Origin: Candidatus Dojkabacteria bacterium
Lineage (GTDB): Bacteria; Patescibacteriota; Dojkabacteria; J137
Assembly (NCBI GenBank): GCA_025061805.1
Contig: JANWZV010000001.1
Span: forward strand, 1-58,497
DNA length: 58,497 bases
Direction: 5' to 3'
How positions within the stretch are numbered: position 1 is the first letter of the stretch; each line of letters opens with the position of its first letter. The notes beneath the pieces are model-generated. The model was not told where the DNA came from, ran no database searches, and saw only the letters and a program-made list of their open reading frames with translations. Made by a program: the position numbers and the translations under genes. Below, piece after piece: positions 1 through 9,614 of this stretch.

Positions 1-195
1 AAAAAAATATGTTAAATTAAATGAAAATAAATTAAAAAAAAAAATAAGTTAAATCAAAGTTGATTATTATATAGAATTAACATAAATTAATTCAATCACT
101 AAAATTAATTCAAATAAAATAAGATATATAGCAATTAATTCAAATTTTACATAAAATGAAACTTCTAAAAAAAAAATAAAATTAGTAAAAAATCA

Positions 196-449
196 AAAAG
201 AAATAGAAAGAAGTAAAAAATAGAAAGAAGTAAAAAACAGAAAGAAATAGAAGAAATAGAAAGAAATAGAAAGAAGTAAAAAACAGAAGAAATAGAAAGA
301 AATAGAAGAAATAGAAAGAAATAGAAGAAATAGAAGAAATAGAAAGAAACAGAAGAAATAGAAAGAAATAGAAAGAAACATAAGAAATAGAAAGAAATAG
401 AAAGAAATAGAAAGAAATAGAAGAAATAGAAGAAATAGAAAGAAGTAAA
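196..449. repeat. Purine-rich tandem array of interleaved 9/10-bp units (AAATAGAAG / AAATAGAAAG) with occasional AAGTAAAAAACAG variants
   Basis: Directly visible repeat in a ~1 kb non-coding, very AT-rich stretch upstream of the nrdA fragment. Confidence 0.9.
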
Positions 450-999
450 TAAAAACAAATAAATTTATATTCTTGTAGTTTGTTTCTTTCGTTTATTTTT
501 ATTAATACTGCATCAAGCCTTTATTATGTCCAAATTTTTCTATTTTTAATTGAAATTTTACACAAGACATTTTTATAAAAGTAACCAATTTTTAAAAAAA
601 CAAAAAAAAAATAACAAAAATAAAAAATCTTTTTGTAAAATATACTAAGAATTTTCATTTTATTTGGTTCTTGTCTCGTAAAATTTTTTTTTATGTTTTA
701 TTGGTTTATAATACATGAAATATTTTTTATATCTTTTCTCTTTATACTTATGAATTTATTTTTTATATTTTCATGCTTTATTATGTTATATAAGTTCAAA
801 TTTATTTTTTATTTCTGGATTACATTTTATAAACTTATATTCTATGTTTCTCTTGAATATCAATTTTCTAAAACATGAATTTTCGAAAATATTTGTTTCA
901 ATGTTCTAAAAAAGTATATTGTCTTAATTTTGCATTTTATGTTAATAAATAGATTTATCAAAATTGAATTTCAAACAATAATAATATAAAATCATAAGA

Positions 1000-1410
1000 A
1001 TGGAGAAAAAAATGAATACAAAATTCATTAAGATAAAAGATTTGAAAGAAGGAATGAAAATAAAAACTCTAAATGAAAGAGGTGAAATAGTTTTCAAGAA
1101 AGTAACAAAAATACGTAAGACCGAAGTAAGTAAAGAAGATAGATATGTTCTTTATTTTGATAATGGAACTATTTTGAGGTGTTCTGAGAATCATCCTATA
1201 ATGATTAACTATGAAGGAAATATAATAGAAAAATATCCTTTAATGATTTCCATAAATGATAAAATAGTTACAGATTCAAATGTATTTACAAGATTATTGA
1301 AAATAGAAAAAGATAATAACGATAAAGATTATTATGATATAGAGGTAGAGGAAACCAATACTTTTTTTTGTTCTTCGGAAGAAAGAGATGAGCAGATATT
1401 GACTCATAAC
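1000..1410 (+). mobile_element. Split intein C fragment (137 aa) on NrdA
   Basis: Block B-like CSENH, block F YYDIEVEETNTF, terminal THN followed by +1 Ser (SQGG); no block A Cys at the N-terminus and no endonuclease. Confidence 0.88.
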
Positions 1411-3090
1411 TCTCAAGGCGGTGTAAGGGGTGGTGCTGGAACATTGTATTTTGTTATTTGGCATTATGAAATAGAAGATATGTTGGTTTTGAAAAACAAT
1501 AAAGGCACTGAAAACAATAGAATCCGTCATTTGGATTATGGTGTAATGATTTCCAGATTATTTTATGAGAGATTGATACAAAATAAAAACATAACTTTAT
1601 TTTCCCCTCATGAAAATAGTGAAATGTATGAGGCATTTTTTAATGACGAGAAAAAATTCAAGAAATTATATGAGCTTGCTGAAAAAAATCCAAACATAAG
1701 AAAAAAGACAATAAAAGCAAAGGATTTGTTTTCTCTACTTATGCAAGAAAGAAAAGATACGGGAAGAATATATATTTTGAATGTCGATCATGCAAATACA
1801 CATTCCTCTTTCATGGAAGACGTAGCTCCTATCAGAATGAGCAATTTATGTTTGGAAATAACCTTGCCGACTGTTCCTCTTAGGAATCCAGATTGCGGAT
1901 ATAAGAAGGTTTTCGTAAAAATTCACAAGGATAAGGTAAGTGATTATAAAAATTGGAGAAAGGAATTCAAGAATCTCATTCCGGAAGAAAAAGATATAAA
2001 AGAAAATTATATTACCATAGTCAATGATATAATAAACGAAAAAATAGATAAAGATAATTATGAATATTTTGAAGAAAAAATGATGGATCTGGAAAGCGGA
2101 TCCATAGCTTTATGTACTTTGTCTGCGATAAATTGGGGTAAAATAAACAAAAAAGAAGAGTTCGAAAAATATTGCAAACTTGCGGTAAGAGGATTGGATG
2201 CTTTGTTGTCTTATCAGGATTATCCATTATATGCGGCAGAAAACAATACGATGTGTTACAGGCCGCTAGGGATAGGTATTATAGGTTTTGCTCACTGGTT
2301 GGCAAAAAACGATATAAAATATACTGAACCGAATCTTGATCTTATAGATGAGTTTGCGGAAGCTTGGAGTTATTATCTCATAAAGGAAAGTGTCAATCTT
2401 GCAAAAGAGAAAGGACCTTGTTTGAAATATTACAACACGAAATACAGTAAGGGTATTTTGCCCATAGACACATATAAAAAAGAAGTCGATGAGTTGGTTC
2501 CTCATAAAGAAAGAATGAATTGGAAAGATCTTAGAGAAGAATTGAAGATATACGGAATAAGAAATGCAACTTTGATGGCTCTTATGCCATCCGAAAGCAG
2601 TAGTCAGTTGGCCAACGAAACAAACGGTATAGAACCGCCGAGGTCTTACGTTTCGGTTAAACAATCGAAGGAAGGTGTGTTAAAACAAGTTGTCCCTGAT
2701 TTCAAAAGATTGAAAAATAAATATGAATTACTCTGGGATCAAAAATCTCCTCAAGGTTACATAAAAATTTGCGCAGTACTGCAAAAATACATAGATCAAA
2801 CGATTTCAGCAAACACATCTTACAATCCCATGTTCTTCAAGGATGAAAAGATTCCCATGAGTGTGTTACTGAAAGATCTCATGATGTGTTACAGATATGG
2901 ATTGAAAACTTTGTATTATTTCAATACATATGACGGACAAGGCGAAATAGATGTAAATAAGCTATTGAAATCGAAAGAAAAAAAGAACTTGATCGTGAAT
3001 GAAATAGAAGAACAAATAAGAAATAATTATGAAGAAAATTCTAAAACTAATGCCGCTGAAGATGAGAAATGCGATTCTTGTGTTTTATAG
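1000..3090 (+). CDS. nrdA: Class Ia ribonucleotide reductase alpha subunit, C-terminal half, fused behind a split-intein C fragment
   Basis: SQGGVRGGA...WHYEIEDMLVLKNNKG, SNLCLEI, IALCTLSAINWG, RPLGIG, ALMPSESSS, KTLYY and C-terminal CDSC match E. coli-type NrdA from about residue 293 onward; the N-terminal part is absent. Confidence 0.93.
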   Translation: MEKKMNTKFIKIKDLKEGMKIKTLNERGEIVFKKVTKIRKTEVSKEDRYVLYFDNGTILRCSENHPIMINYEGNIIEKYPLMISINDKIVTDSNVFTRLLKIEKDNNDKDYYDIEVEETNTFFCSSEERDEQILTHNSQGGVRGGAGTLYFVIWHYEIEDMLVLKNNKGTENNRIRHLDYGVMISRLFYERLIQNKNITLFSPHENSEMYEAFFNDEKKFKKLYELAEKNPNIRKKTIKAKDLFSLLMQERKDTGRIYILNVDHANTHSSFMEDVAPIRMSNLCLEITLPTVPLRNPDCGYKKVFVKIHKDKVSDYKNWRKEFKNLIPEEKDIKENYITIVNDIINEKIDKDNYEYFEEKMMDLESGSIALCTLSAINWGKINKKEEFEKYCKLAVRGLDALLSYQDYPLYAAENNTMCYRPLGIGIIGFAHWLAKNDIKYTEPNLDLIDEFAEAWSYYLIKESVNLAKEKGPCLKYYNTKYSKGILPIDTYKKEVDELVPHKERMNWKDLREELKIYGIRNATLMALMPSESSSQLANETNGIEPPRSYVSVKQSKEGVLKQVVPDFKRLKNKYELLWDQKSPQGYIKICAVLQKYIDQTISANTSYNPMFFKDEKIPMSVLLKDLMMCYRYGLKTLYYFNTYDGQGEIDVNKLLKSKEKKNLIVNEIEEQIRNNYEENSKTNAAEDEKCDSCVL

Positions 3091-3263
3091 AAATCGATAC
3101 TAGAGCATTATTTTTTTTATGATTCTCTAGATCTTTTGATCTGAAAATTTTCAAAAACAAAAAATCTAGACTGAAATTGAGGTTTTTTTTAAATCTCACG
3201 AAAAGATCATAGATATCTCGAAAGAACTTAGTTTTTTTGGATTTTTTAGTAAGAGGTTTTGGC

Positions 3264-4106
3264 TTATGAATGTATGATCCTTTCTATTTTTCTTATAAGT
3301 TCTTTTTCCTCTTTTTCCGAAATTAAACCATGTTGTGGCGTAAGATGCCATAAGTTTTTCAGATATAGAAGTTCGTTTTTGGAAAGAGTGACAGAGTTGT
3401 AAACATAGTCATACCAAGCTTGACATGTTACAGGAAACAATTTTTTTACCATTCCGAACATTTTTTCTGCGAGTAGTCTGATTTCTTCTTGGGAATTTTC
3501 ACTCATTCTCAAATGAATGAAATGAAGAAAATTATGCATATTTTGTACCCAATAAAATTGGGTATAAGATGACAAAGGCAAAACTATTCTCGCTACTTCC
3601 CTCGAAACAGGCTCTTCTAAGCTGTTGTCATAATTGAGTAATTTTTTGTATGTGTCGTAACAAAAATTGTTTACTTCCTCTATCTTTTTTATGATTTCTT
3701 CACTTTCCTTGAGAACTCTGTCGCTTGAATTTTGTTTATTTTCTTTCGATTGAGTTCTTATTCTCCTTTGTTCCGGAACATAAAAACTATCTTCTATTTC
3801 GGAATACCTCAGAGAATATTCGTTTGCAGAATGAGTCCTGTGTCTGAACATTTGTCTAGCAGTGAAGATAGGACATTTTATGTGAAACTTGAGAACTATC
3901 ATTTCGAATGGTGAAGTATGCCGGTGTTTCATCAGATATCTTATGAGTTTTTCATCATCTCTTTTTGTTTTCGTTCCTTTTCCATAAGAAACTCTTGCTG
4001 CTTGAACTACGGCCCAATCTCCTGGATTATCTTCAGTGGCTTGGGGCATAGTGTCTATTAATCTTACAAATCCTTTGTCCAAATATTTTTCTTCTAGATT
4101 TGTCAT
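3264..4106 (-). CDS. thyX: Flavin-dependent thymidylate synthase
   Basis: QAARVSYG, HRHTSPFE and RHR-x7-S motif RQMFRHRTHSANEYSLRY. Confidence 0.97.
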   Translation of the reverse strand: MTNLEEKYLDKGFVRLIDTMPQATEDNPGDWAVVQAARVSYGKGTKTKRDDEKLIRYLMKHRHTSPFEMIVLKFHIKCPIFTARQMFRHRTHSANEYSLRYSEIEDSFYVPEQRRIRTQSKENKQNSSDRVLKESEEIIKKIEEVNNFCYDTYKKLLNYDNSLEEPVSREVARIVLPLSSYTQFYWVQNMHNFLHFIHLRMSENSQEEIRLLAEKMFGMVKKLFPVTCQAWYDYVYNSVTLSKNELLYLKNLWHLTPQHGLISEKEEKELIRKIERIIHS

Positions 4107-4112
4107 GATTAA

Positions 4113-4141
4113 ATTATATTTTTCATTTTTTACAATGTCAA
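4113..4141 (-). promoter_or_regulatory. Sigma70-type promoter for thyX
   Basis: Minus strand TTGACA (4141-4136), 17-nt spacer, TATAAT (4118-4113); ATG only 6 nt downstream. Confidence 0.75.
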
Positions 4142-4239
4142 AATTTTTATGATCAAATATGTTTTTCTTTAATATGAATCAAAATAAAAATTTGAATTAA
4201 AAACATTTAATAATTTAAACCATATAAGGTAAAAAAAAA

Positions 4240-5064
4240 TTATTCGAAAAACAATTCTCCGTTTTCTTTATGTAATCTATCTTTTTCTTCCTCGTCGATT
4301 TGTCTACCAAAAGAAGGATTGTGACCGCTATCTATCAATATATTATCTTTTATAGATTGATTTCTTTTTTCCAAATGCAAAACACGAGTGAAAGCATTCG
4401 TTATGGCAGAAGTATAATAAGCGAACGGATTCGATGATTTGTTTTCGTCGAATTTTAAAGCAATGAGACATAATTGAGTAAGAGCAAAACCTTTCATTTC
4501 TTCTAAATACGTATAAGATCTCCAATTTCCTCTTTGACTGTATTTTTCGACCAGTTTCATGAACATTTTACCTAGATTGTCTGTTATTTTACCGTGTGTT
4601 TGACAAAAATATCCGTTTTCCAGATCGCCTTTCCAATGACTTCTACCAACTTCTTCTAGATAATTTTCTTTATAAAGATAATGCTTGAATGGTTTGAAAT
4701 TCAATTTCATGTTTTGATCATAGAAGTCTACGAATATGTTTTCTTTTTTGGAGTTTCTTTTTTGTATTTCCATTTCCTCCAACAAGTCATAATTTTTACT
4801 ATATTTTTTTCTTACTCTTTTTGTATAATCCTTGTACTCTTCTGGTATATGAGAGTCATCCATTACTCTTACTACTATATAATCCCTTTCTGGATTTTCT
4901 GATTTCTTTTTTTCTAGTAAAGTATTCAAATATTTAAAATTTAAATTTTTTTTATCTTCTATGATGAAGTCATAATTTTCGAATCTTTTTTCCTTAAAAA
5001 AACAAAACGATTTTTTGCTTTCGTCTATTTCTTTTAAAATGTTTTCGTTTGTTAAATATTTCAT
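4240..5064 (-). CDS. gp55: Late-transcription sigma factor (T4 gp55-like)
   Basis: ITDNLGKMFMKLVEKYSQRGNWRSYTY.EEM...KFDENKSSNPFAYYTSAITNAFTRVL is typical of T4-like late sigma factors. Confidence 0.85.
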   Translation of the reverse strand: MKYLTNENILKEIDESKKSFCFFKEKRFENYDFIIEDKKNLNFKYLNTLLEKKKSENPERDYIVVRVMDDSHIPEEYKDYTKRVRKKYSKNYDLLEEMEIQKRNSKKENIFVDFYDQNMKLNFKPFKHYLYKENYLEEVGRSHWKGDLENGYFCQTHGKITDNLGKMFMKLVEKYSQRGNWRSYTYLEEMKGFALTQLCLIALKFDENKSSNPFAYYTSAITNAFTRVLHLEKRNQSIKDNILIDSGHNPSFGRQIDEEEKDRLHKENGELFFE

Positions 5065-5075
5065 TTTATTATATT

Positions 5076-5597
5076 TTATAGTAATTCTTTATATTTTTCA
5101 AAAAATTTTTTTAATTCGAATATATAAAAAAATCTATCGTATTTAGATGAATACCATCTCAAATAAGTCAAATCCGTCAAGAAATTTTCATCGAAATTCA
5201 CGTTTTCCTTATCAACCAATACAAACCATCCTTGGTGGTTGAATTTCATACACAAGAACCATTTTTTTTCATTTGATATTTTTGAGATTTGCGAAATCCA
5301 ACCATTTTCGTTTTCTAGCAACGAAAAATGCTTTTCTTTAAATAATTTGAACCATTGAAAATCTTTGTACCATTTGCATTCGAAAACAAAATTTTTGAAT
5401 TTTTCCGGTGGAATAATATCTCCGGTGGAACTCAATATTTGTATTTCGTTCAATTTTTCTATTTTTTCTTGATTTTTTCCACCTGTAAGTAAACCAGAAC
5501 CGAATACCCTACCGAATTTTTCACCAAAAATTTCATCTAATATTCTTACCAACTCTCTTTCGCCGTTTTTTCCTTTTGTTTTTGATTTATTTTTCAT
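5076..5597 (-). CDS. Holliday junction resolvase-like PD-(D/E)XK nuclease
   Basis: SKTKGKNGEREL...SG...GDII...FECKWY motifs of the Hjc-type fold. Confidence 0.75.
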   Translation of the reverse strand: MKNKSKTKGKNGERELVRILDEIFGEKFGRVFGSGLLTGGKNQEKIEKLNEIQILSSTGDIIPPEKFKNFVFECKWYKDFQWFKLFKEKHFSLLENENGWISQISKISNEKKWFLCMKFNHQGWFVLVDKENVNFDENFLTDLTYLRWYSSKYDRFFYIFELKKFFEKYKELL

Positions 5598-5603
5598 CCG
5601 AAA

Positions 5604-5633
5604 TATTTATTTATGACAAATATAAAATAAATA
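5604..5633. promoter_or_regulatory. Divergent pair of TAAATA late-promoter motifs (resolvase and portal)
   Basis: TATTTA at 5604-5609 lies 6 nt from the resolvase start; TAAATA at 5628-5633 lies 7 nt from the portal ATG at 5641; resembles the T4 late -10 box TATAAATA. Confidence 0.65.
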
Positions 5634-5640
5634 TTTGAAA

Positions 5641-8600
5641 ATGTCAAATTGGAAAAAGTATTTTCAAACTATAACTCTCGATAAGAAGATTTCAGCTTTA
5701 CAAAATCAACCAGATTCTCCTGCTTATGCAAATAAGTTTTCGTCTTATTTGCCGGAAATTTATTCTGGATCTTCCAACAGATTGGAAAGATATCAACAAT
5801 ATGATCAAATGGATCAAGATTCCGAGATAAACGCTAGTTTGGATACTATTGCAGATTTTGCTACGTCCGTGCCGGAAAACAGCAATCTTATATTTGAAAT
5901 AGTTTTCCTTGACAGTAGTTCTCCGACTCCGGTCGAAACGAACATAATAAAACAAGCATTGATAAAATGGTGCAAAATAAATAAATTTTCTTCAAGACTT
6001 TGGAGAATTTTCAGATCTACGATAAAATACGGAGATCAATTTTTCTTGAGAGATCCGGAAACTTTCGAGCTTCTTTGGATAGATCATTATAAGGTGCAAT
6101 CGGTAATAGTCAATCCGGCAAAAGGAAAGAAGCCGGAATATTATGTGATAAACGACTTAGATATAAATTTGCAAACCAAGGTCGCGACCTTGCCTAGGGA
6201 AAATGCAGTCAATATGATAAATTCCTTATATTATGTGAACAAACCACAAGGAGAACAGTTGCAACATACCTTGTATTATAATCAACCGAATGTCACTAGT
6301 TGGATCGGGAAATTCAGGGGTGTTTCCAATACTCCAAGATCTGAAATAGCAGTGAATGCCGATCATATAGTGCATTTTTCCTTAAGTGAAGGTTTGGATG
6401 CACTTTGGCCTTTCGGATCTTCTATTTTGGAAAGTGTTTTCAAGGTTTACAAACAAAAAGAGCTTTTGGAAGACGCGCTCATAATTTATAGAGTACAGAG
6501 AGCACCCGAACGAAGAGTTTTTTACATAGATGTAGGTAACATGCCTCCGCACAAAGCGATATCTTACGTAGAGAGGATAAAAAATGAAATACATCAAAGA
6601 AGAATACCTAACAAAACGGGAGGCGGTACATCGATATTGGACGCTTCTTATAATCCTCTTTGTCTTTCCTTGGATACTAAGATTCCTTTATTGAATAATA
6701 CAGAAAAAACAATTAGAGAGATAATCGACCATTATGAAAACAAAGGCGAAAATCTCTATACTTACTCAATCAATGAAAATACTTTGGAAGTTGAAGTCAG
6801 CAGGATAGTTTCGGCTAAAATCACTGGGAAAAACAAAAAACTCATGAGAATACATTTGGATAATTCGTGTTATGTTGATTGTACTCCGGATCATAGATTC
6901 ATAACCAGAGACGGCAAAGAAGTGAAAGCAGAAGAATTGACGATTGGCACCAGTCTTATGCCTTTTTATTTAAGAAAAAAAGAATTATCAAAAAATTGCA
7001 AAACGACTTATCTTCAGATTTATAATCCTTCGACAAATGAATGGAAATTTGTGCATCGATTGGTCAAGGACAATTATCCCATTAAAGATCATGTGTATAA
7101 TGAAAAATATAAGAATAAACCAAAAGAAGTCATTCATCATTTAGATTTCAATAGGTTTAATAATACCCCGGAAAATTTGGTTCTTATGAATTCTATAGAT
7201 CATTGGTTGCTCCATAGTGAAGCGGCAAAAAGTAAAGTTAATAGAGAAAAAATATCTTTGTTGAATAAAAGAAGATGGAAAGACGATAATTTCAGAAATT
7301 CTGTCATAGAAAAACAGAAAATAAGGTATTCTGAAAAAATGTTTTGTATTTTACAGAATGTTTTTTCGCAGAATTCGCAAAATCAAGAAAAGATTCTTTC
7401 TATACTGAACAAGAATAAAGAATTTATCGAGGAATTCAAGAAAATAAACAACAAGACAAAATGTGCCAACAAAGATTTTTCTGTTTTTACAAGAAGAAAT
7501 CTTATATGTTTGATAAATTGTTTCGGCTATGATAGTTGGAAAAAATTCAGAATCGAGCAAATCAAGGCAAAAAAAATAAGAAATTCGGTATTTTATCAAA
7601 ATTGTAATTTTGATGAACATACTAAAGATTTCATAAAGAATATAGTTTCTTCTTTTGATGAAGATTTTAGAATAAGGGATTTATTGGAGAAAATAAACCA
7701 AAATAAATCGTTTTTAGATTCTTGGAAAAATTCCAATAAGAAATTACATAAAAAATGTTTAGTCAAAAAAAGTTTCGATAAGTTTAATTATAAGCATCTT
7801 AGAACATTTGTCATTTCGAATGGTTATGCTAATTTTGACGAATTTAAGAAAAACGTTCTTCAGGATAGTCAATTGAACCATAAAATAACGAAAATAGAAT
7901 ATTTGGAAGGAGTGCATGATGTGGGAGATATACAGATAGATTCTCCTTCTGGTTCTCATTGGTTCGCCGTTTCTGCCGGAATATTTGTTCATAATTCTAT
8001 TTTGGAAGATTATTTCTTTCCTATAACGGCGGAAGGAAGAGGAAGCAAAGTTGAAACTTTGCCAGCCGGTGAAAATTTAGGTCAGATTGACGATTTGAGA
8101 TATTTTGATAACAAACTGAAAAGAGGTTTGAGAGTTCCTTCTTCATATCTTCCATCAGGTCCAGAAGATGGCCAGACTTCTTTCAACGATGGTAAGATAG
8201 GCAATGCTTATATTCAAGAATATAGATTTTCGAAATATGTGCAGAGGTTACAGAATTTGTTGCAACCTACCATAGATAAAGAATTTAAGTATTTTTTGAA
8301 AGTAAATGGAATAAATGTAGATACTTCTTCTTTCTATATTTGTTTCTGGCAACCGCAGAATTTCGGTAAATATAGACAACTTGAGACAGATGCGGCACAG
8401 ATACAGATATTTTCTTCACTTTCAGATGTACCTTGGTTGAGCAAAAGGTTTATAGCAAAAAGATATCTTGGATTAACTGATGACGAAATCATAGAAAATG
8501 AAAAACTCTGGTTAGAAGAGAATTCTGACACCCAGCAAGAAACTAAAAATCAAGACGAAAAAACCGACATGTTTGATAACGGCATGATGAATATGAACAC

Positions 8601-8760
8601 GAGGGACGAGGATATAATCAATAGGTTTGGAGAAGAAGATAATTTCGATGAAGAAAATGAAGAGGAAAATATCGTTGATAATACGGATAAAAATTTAGAA
8701 GATGATGAAATGAATGTTCCTGATACTCAAGAAAAGGAAAAACCTGGAGAAGACCAGTAA
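5641..8760 (+). CDS. gp20: Portal protein (T4 gp20-like) with intein
   Basis: LEDALIIYRVQRAPERRVFYIDVGNMP, EDYFFP...GRGSKVETLPAGENLG.IDDL.YF..KL.RGL.VP.S; acidic tail; ATG at 5641 (ORF track starts at TTG 5635). Confidence 0.95.
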   Translation: MSNWKKYFQTITLDKKISALQNQPDSPAYANKFSSYLPEIYSGSSNRLERYQQYDQMDQDSEINASLDTIADFATSVPENSNLIFEIVFLDSSSPTPVETNIIKQALIKWCKINKFSSRLWRIFRSTIKYGDQFFLRDPETFELLWIDHYKVQSVIVNPAKGKKPEYYVINDLDINLQTKVATLPRENAVNMINSLYYVNKPQGEQLQHTLYYNQPNVTSWIGKFRGVSNTPRSEIAVNADHIVHFSLSEGLDALWPFGSSILESVFKVYKQKELLEDALIIYRVQRAPERRVFYIDVGNMPPHKAISYVERIKNEIHQRRIPNKTGGGTSILDASYNPLCLSLDTKIPLLNNTEKTIREIIDHYENKGENLYTYSINENTLEVEVSRIVSAKITGKNKKLMRIHLDNSCYVDCTPDHRFITRDGKEVKAEELTIGTSLMPFYLRKKELSKNCKTTYLQIYNPSTNEWKFVHRLVKDNYPIKDHVYNEKYKNKPKEVIHHLDFNRFNNTPENLVLMNSIDHWLLHSEAAKSKVNREKISLLNKRRWKDDNFRNSVIEKQKIRYSEKMFCILQNVFSQNSQNQEKILSILNKNKEFIEEFKKINNKTKCANKDFSVFTRRNLICLINCFGYDSWKKFRIEQIKAKKIRNSVFYQNCNFDEHTKDFIKNIVSSFDEDFRIRDLLEKINQNKSFLDSWKNSNKKLHKKCLVKKSFDKFNYKHLRTFVISNGYANFDEFKKNVLQDSQLNHKITKIEYLEGVHDVGDIQIDSPSGSHWFAVSAGIFVHNSILEDYFFPITAEGRGSKVETLPAGENLGQIDDLRYFDNKLKRGLRVPSSYLPSGPEDGQTSFNDGKIGNAYIQEYRFSKYVQRLQNLLQPTIDKEFKYFLKVNGINVDTSSFYICFWQPQNFGKYRQLETDAAQIQIFSSLSDVPWLSKRFIAKRYLGLTDDEIIENEKLWLEENSDTQQETKNQDEKTDMFDNGMMNMNTRDEDIINRFGEEDNFDEENEEENIVDNTDKNLEDDEMNVPDTQEKEKPGEDQ
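6661..7995 (+). mobile_element. Cis intein (445 aa) with HNH homing endonuclease in the portal gene
   Basis: Starts CLSLDTKI, block B CTPDHRF, HNH VHRLV...IHHLDFNRFNNTPENL, ends FVHN then +1 Ser; removal restores YNPL/SILEDYFF. Confidence 0.93.
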
Positions 8761-8827
8761 AAAATTAATTAGTTTTTTACCAAAAAAAATCTTTTTTTAT
8801 AAATAATAAAAAAGAAAAAAAGAAAAA

Positions 8828-9250
8828 ATGAAAGAAATCATAAAAATAAAAGAAGATATAGAAAAAATAGAAAGAAATTCAAACAACAACTTGATTGTTA
8901 AGGATGTTTTGAAACAATTTAAAGAAAGATTGAACAAGATTTTTAACGAGTATGTTTTTTACAATTCTTATTATGAAAATGAAAGAGGCGAAACCGAATA
9001 TAGATCTTGCTACGAGTGGAGCAAAAACATAAAAAATTTTAGGTTTACCTTGGGGTTTAGTTTGAATGACAATTATTATGGTGATATAGCTTTATCTATT
9101 GATTTTATAGATGAAAACGGGAATAATCATAATATCTTTTGTAAAAAGGATAGTTTTTCAAATACTAATTCAAATTTTAGTTTTAAGATAGAAGAATTTA
9201 TAAAAATCTATAAAAATAAAGTCAAAATTCTTAAATTCTTACTAAGATAA
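8828..9250 (+). CDS. Hypothetical protein
   Basis: 140-aa ORF downstream of TATAAATA (8798-8805); no recognised motif. Confidence 0.6.
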   Translation: MKEIIKIKEDIEKIERNSNNNLIVKDVLKQFKERLNKIFNEYVFYNSYYENERGETEYRSCYEWSKNIKNFRFTLGFSLNDNYYGDIALSIDFIDENGNNHNIFCKKDSFSNTNSNFSFKIEEFIKIYKNKVKILKFLLR

Positions 9251-9294
9251 AAATATTAAAAAAATTTTGTTTGTTTTATATCGAAAACGATTTT

Positions 9295-9582
9295 CGCGCT
9301 TATTGCTTTTAGTCGCCGGATACGATATGAGCAACATTCAAAAGTGACTCGCTGTCACGCTGAACTGCTTACTGCAGTCGCGGCAGCGCCAGAATATGGC
9401 GCGTCTTTTGCCCGGCGTGGTGTTGTCCACGGAACCGCAACGGTTGCAAACGTAGCCATGCAGTCAGCGCACCAATTTCAGATGCGAGCGGCATGCGTTG
9501 TTGGTGCTGAATTTTCGCAGTAAGACGCGCAGTTTTATGGCTCGATATATAACCGTTATTGTGATTAAAAGCAATATATACC
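9295..9582 (-). mobile_element. Non-autonomous IS1595-family remnant (MITE-like), copy 1
   Basis: GC-rich island with imperfect terminal inverted repeats (core TATTGCTTTTARTCRC); minus strand reads KFSTNNACRSHL..VR*LHGYVCNRCGS...WRCRDCSKQFSVTA, the IS1595 transposase Zn-ribbon, with lost ATG and an internal stop. Confidence 0.8.
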
Positions 9583-9614
9583 AAATGTTTTTATCGAAAA
9601 TAAAAAAAGATATA

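Noticed and set aside
196..449. Possible CRISPR array
   Set aside because: Units are 9-17 bp and contiguous, with no unique spacers and no cas genes
165..878. F/L/S/Y-rich ORFs at 165-458, 193-381 and 693-878
   Set aside because: By-products of the purine repeat and T-rich tract; no RBS or realistic composition
3091..3263. Short palindromes (TCTAGA, AGATCT, TGAG..CTCA) between nrdA and thyX
   Set aside because: Weak and expected by chance in AT-rich DNA; no convincing terminator or repeat unit
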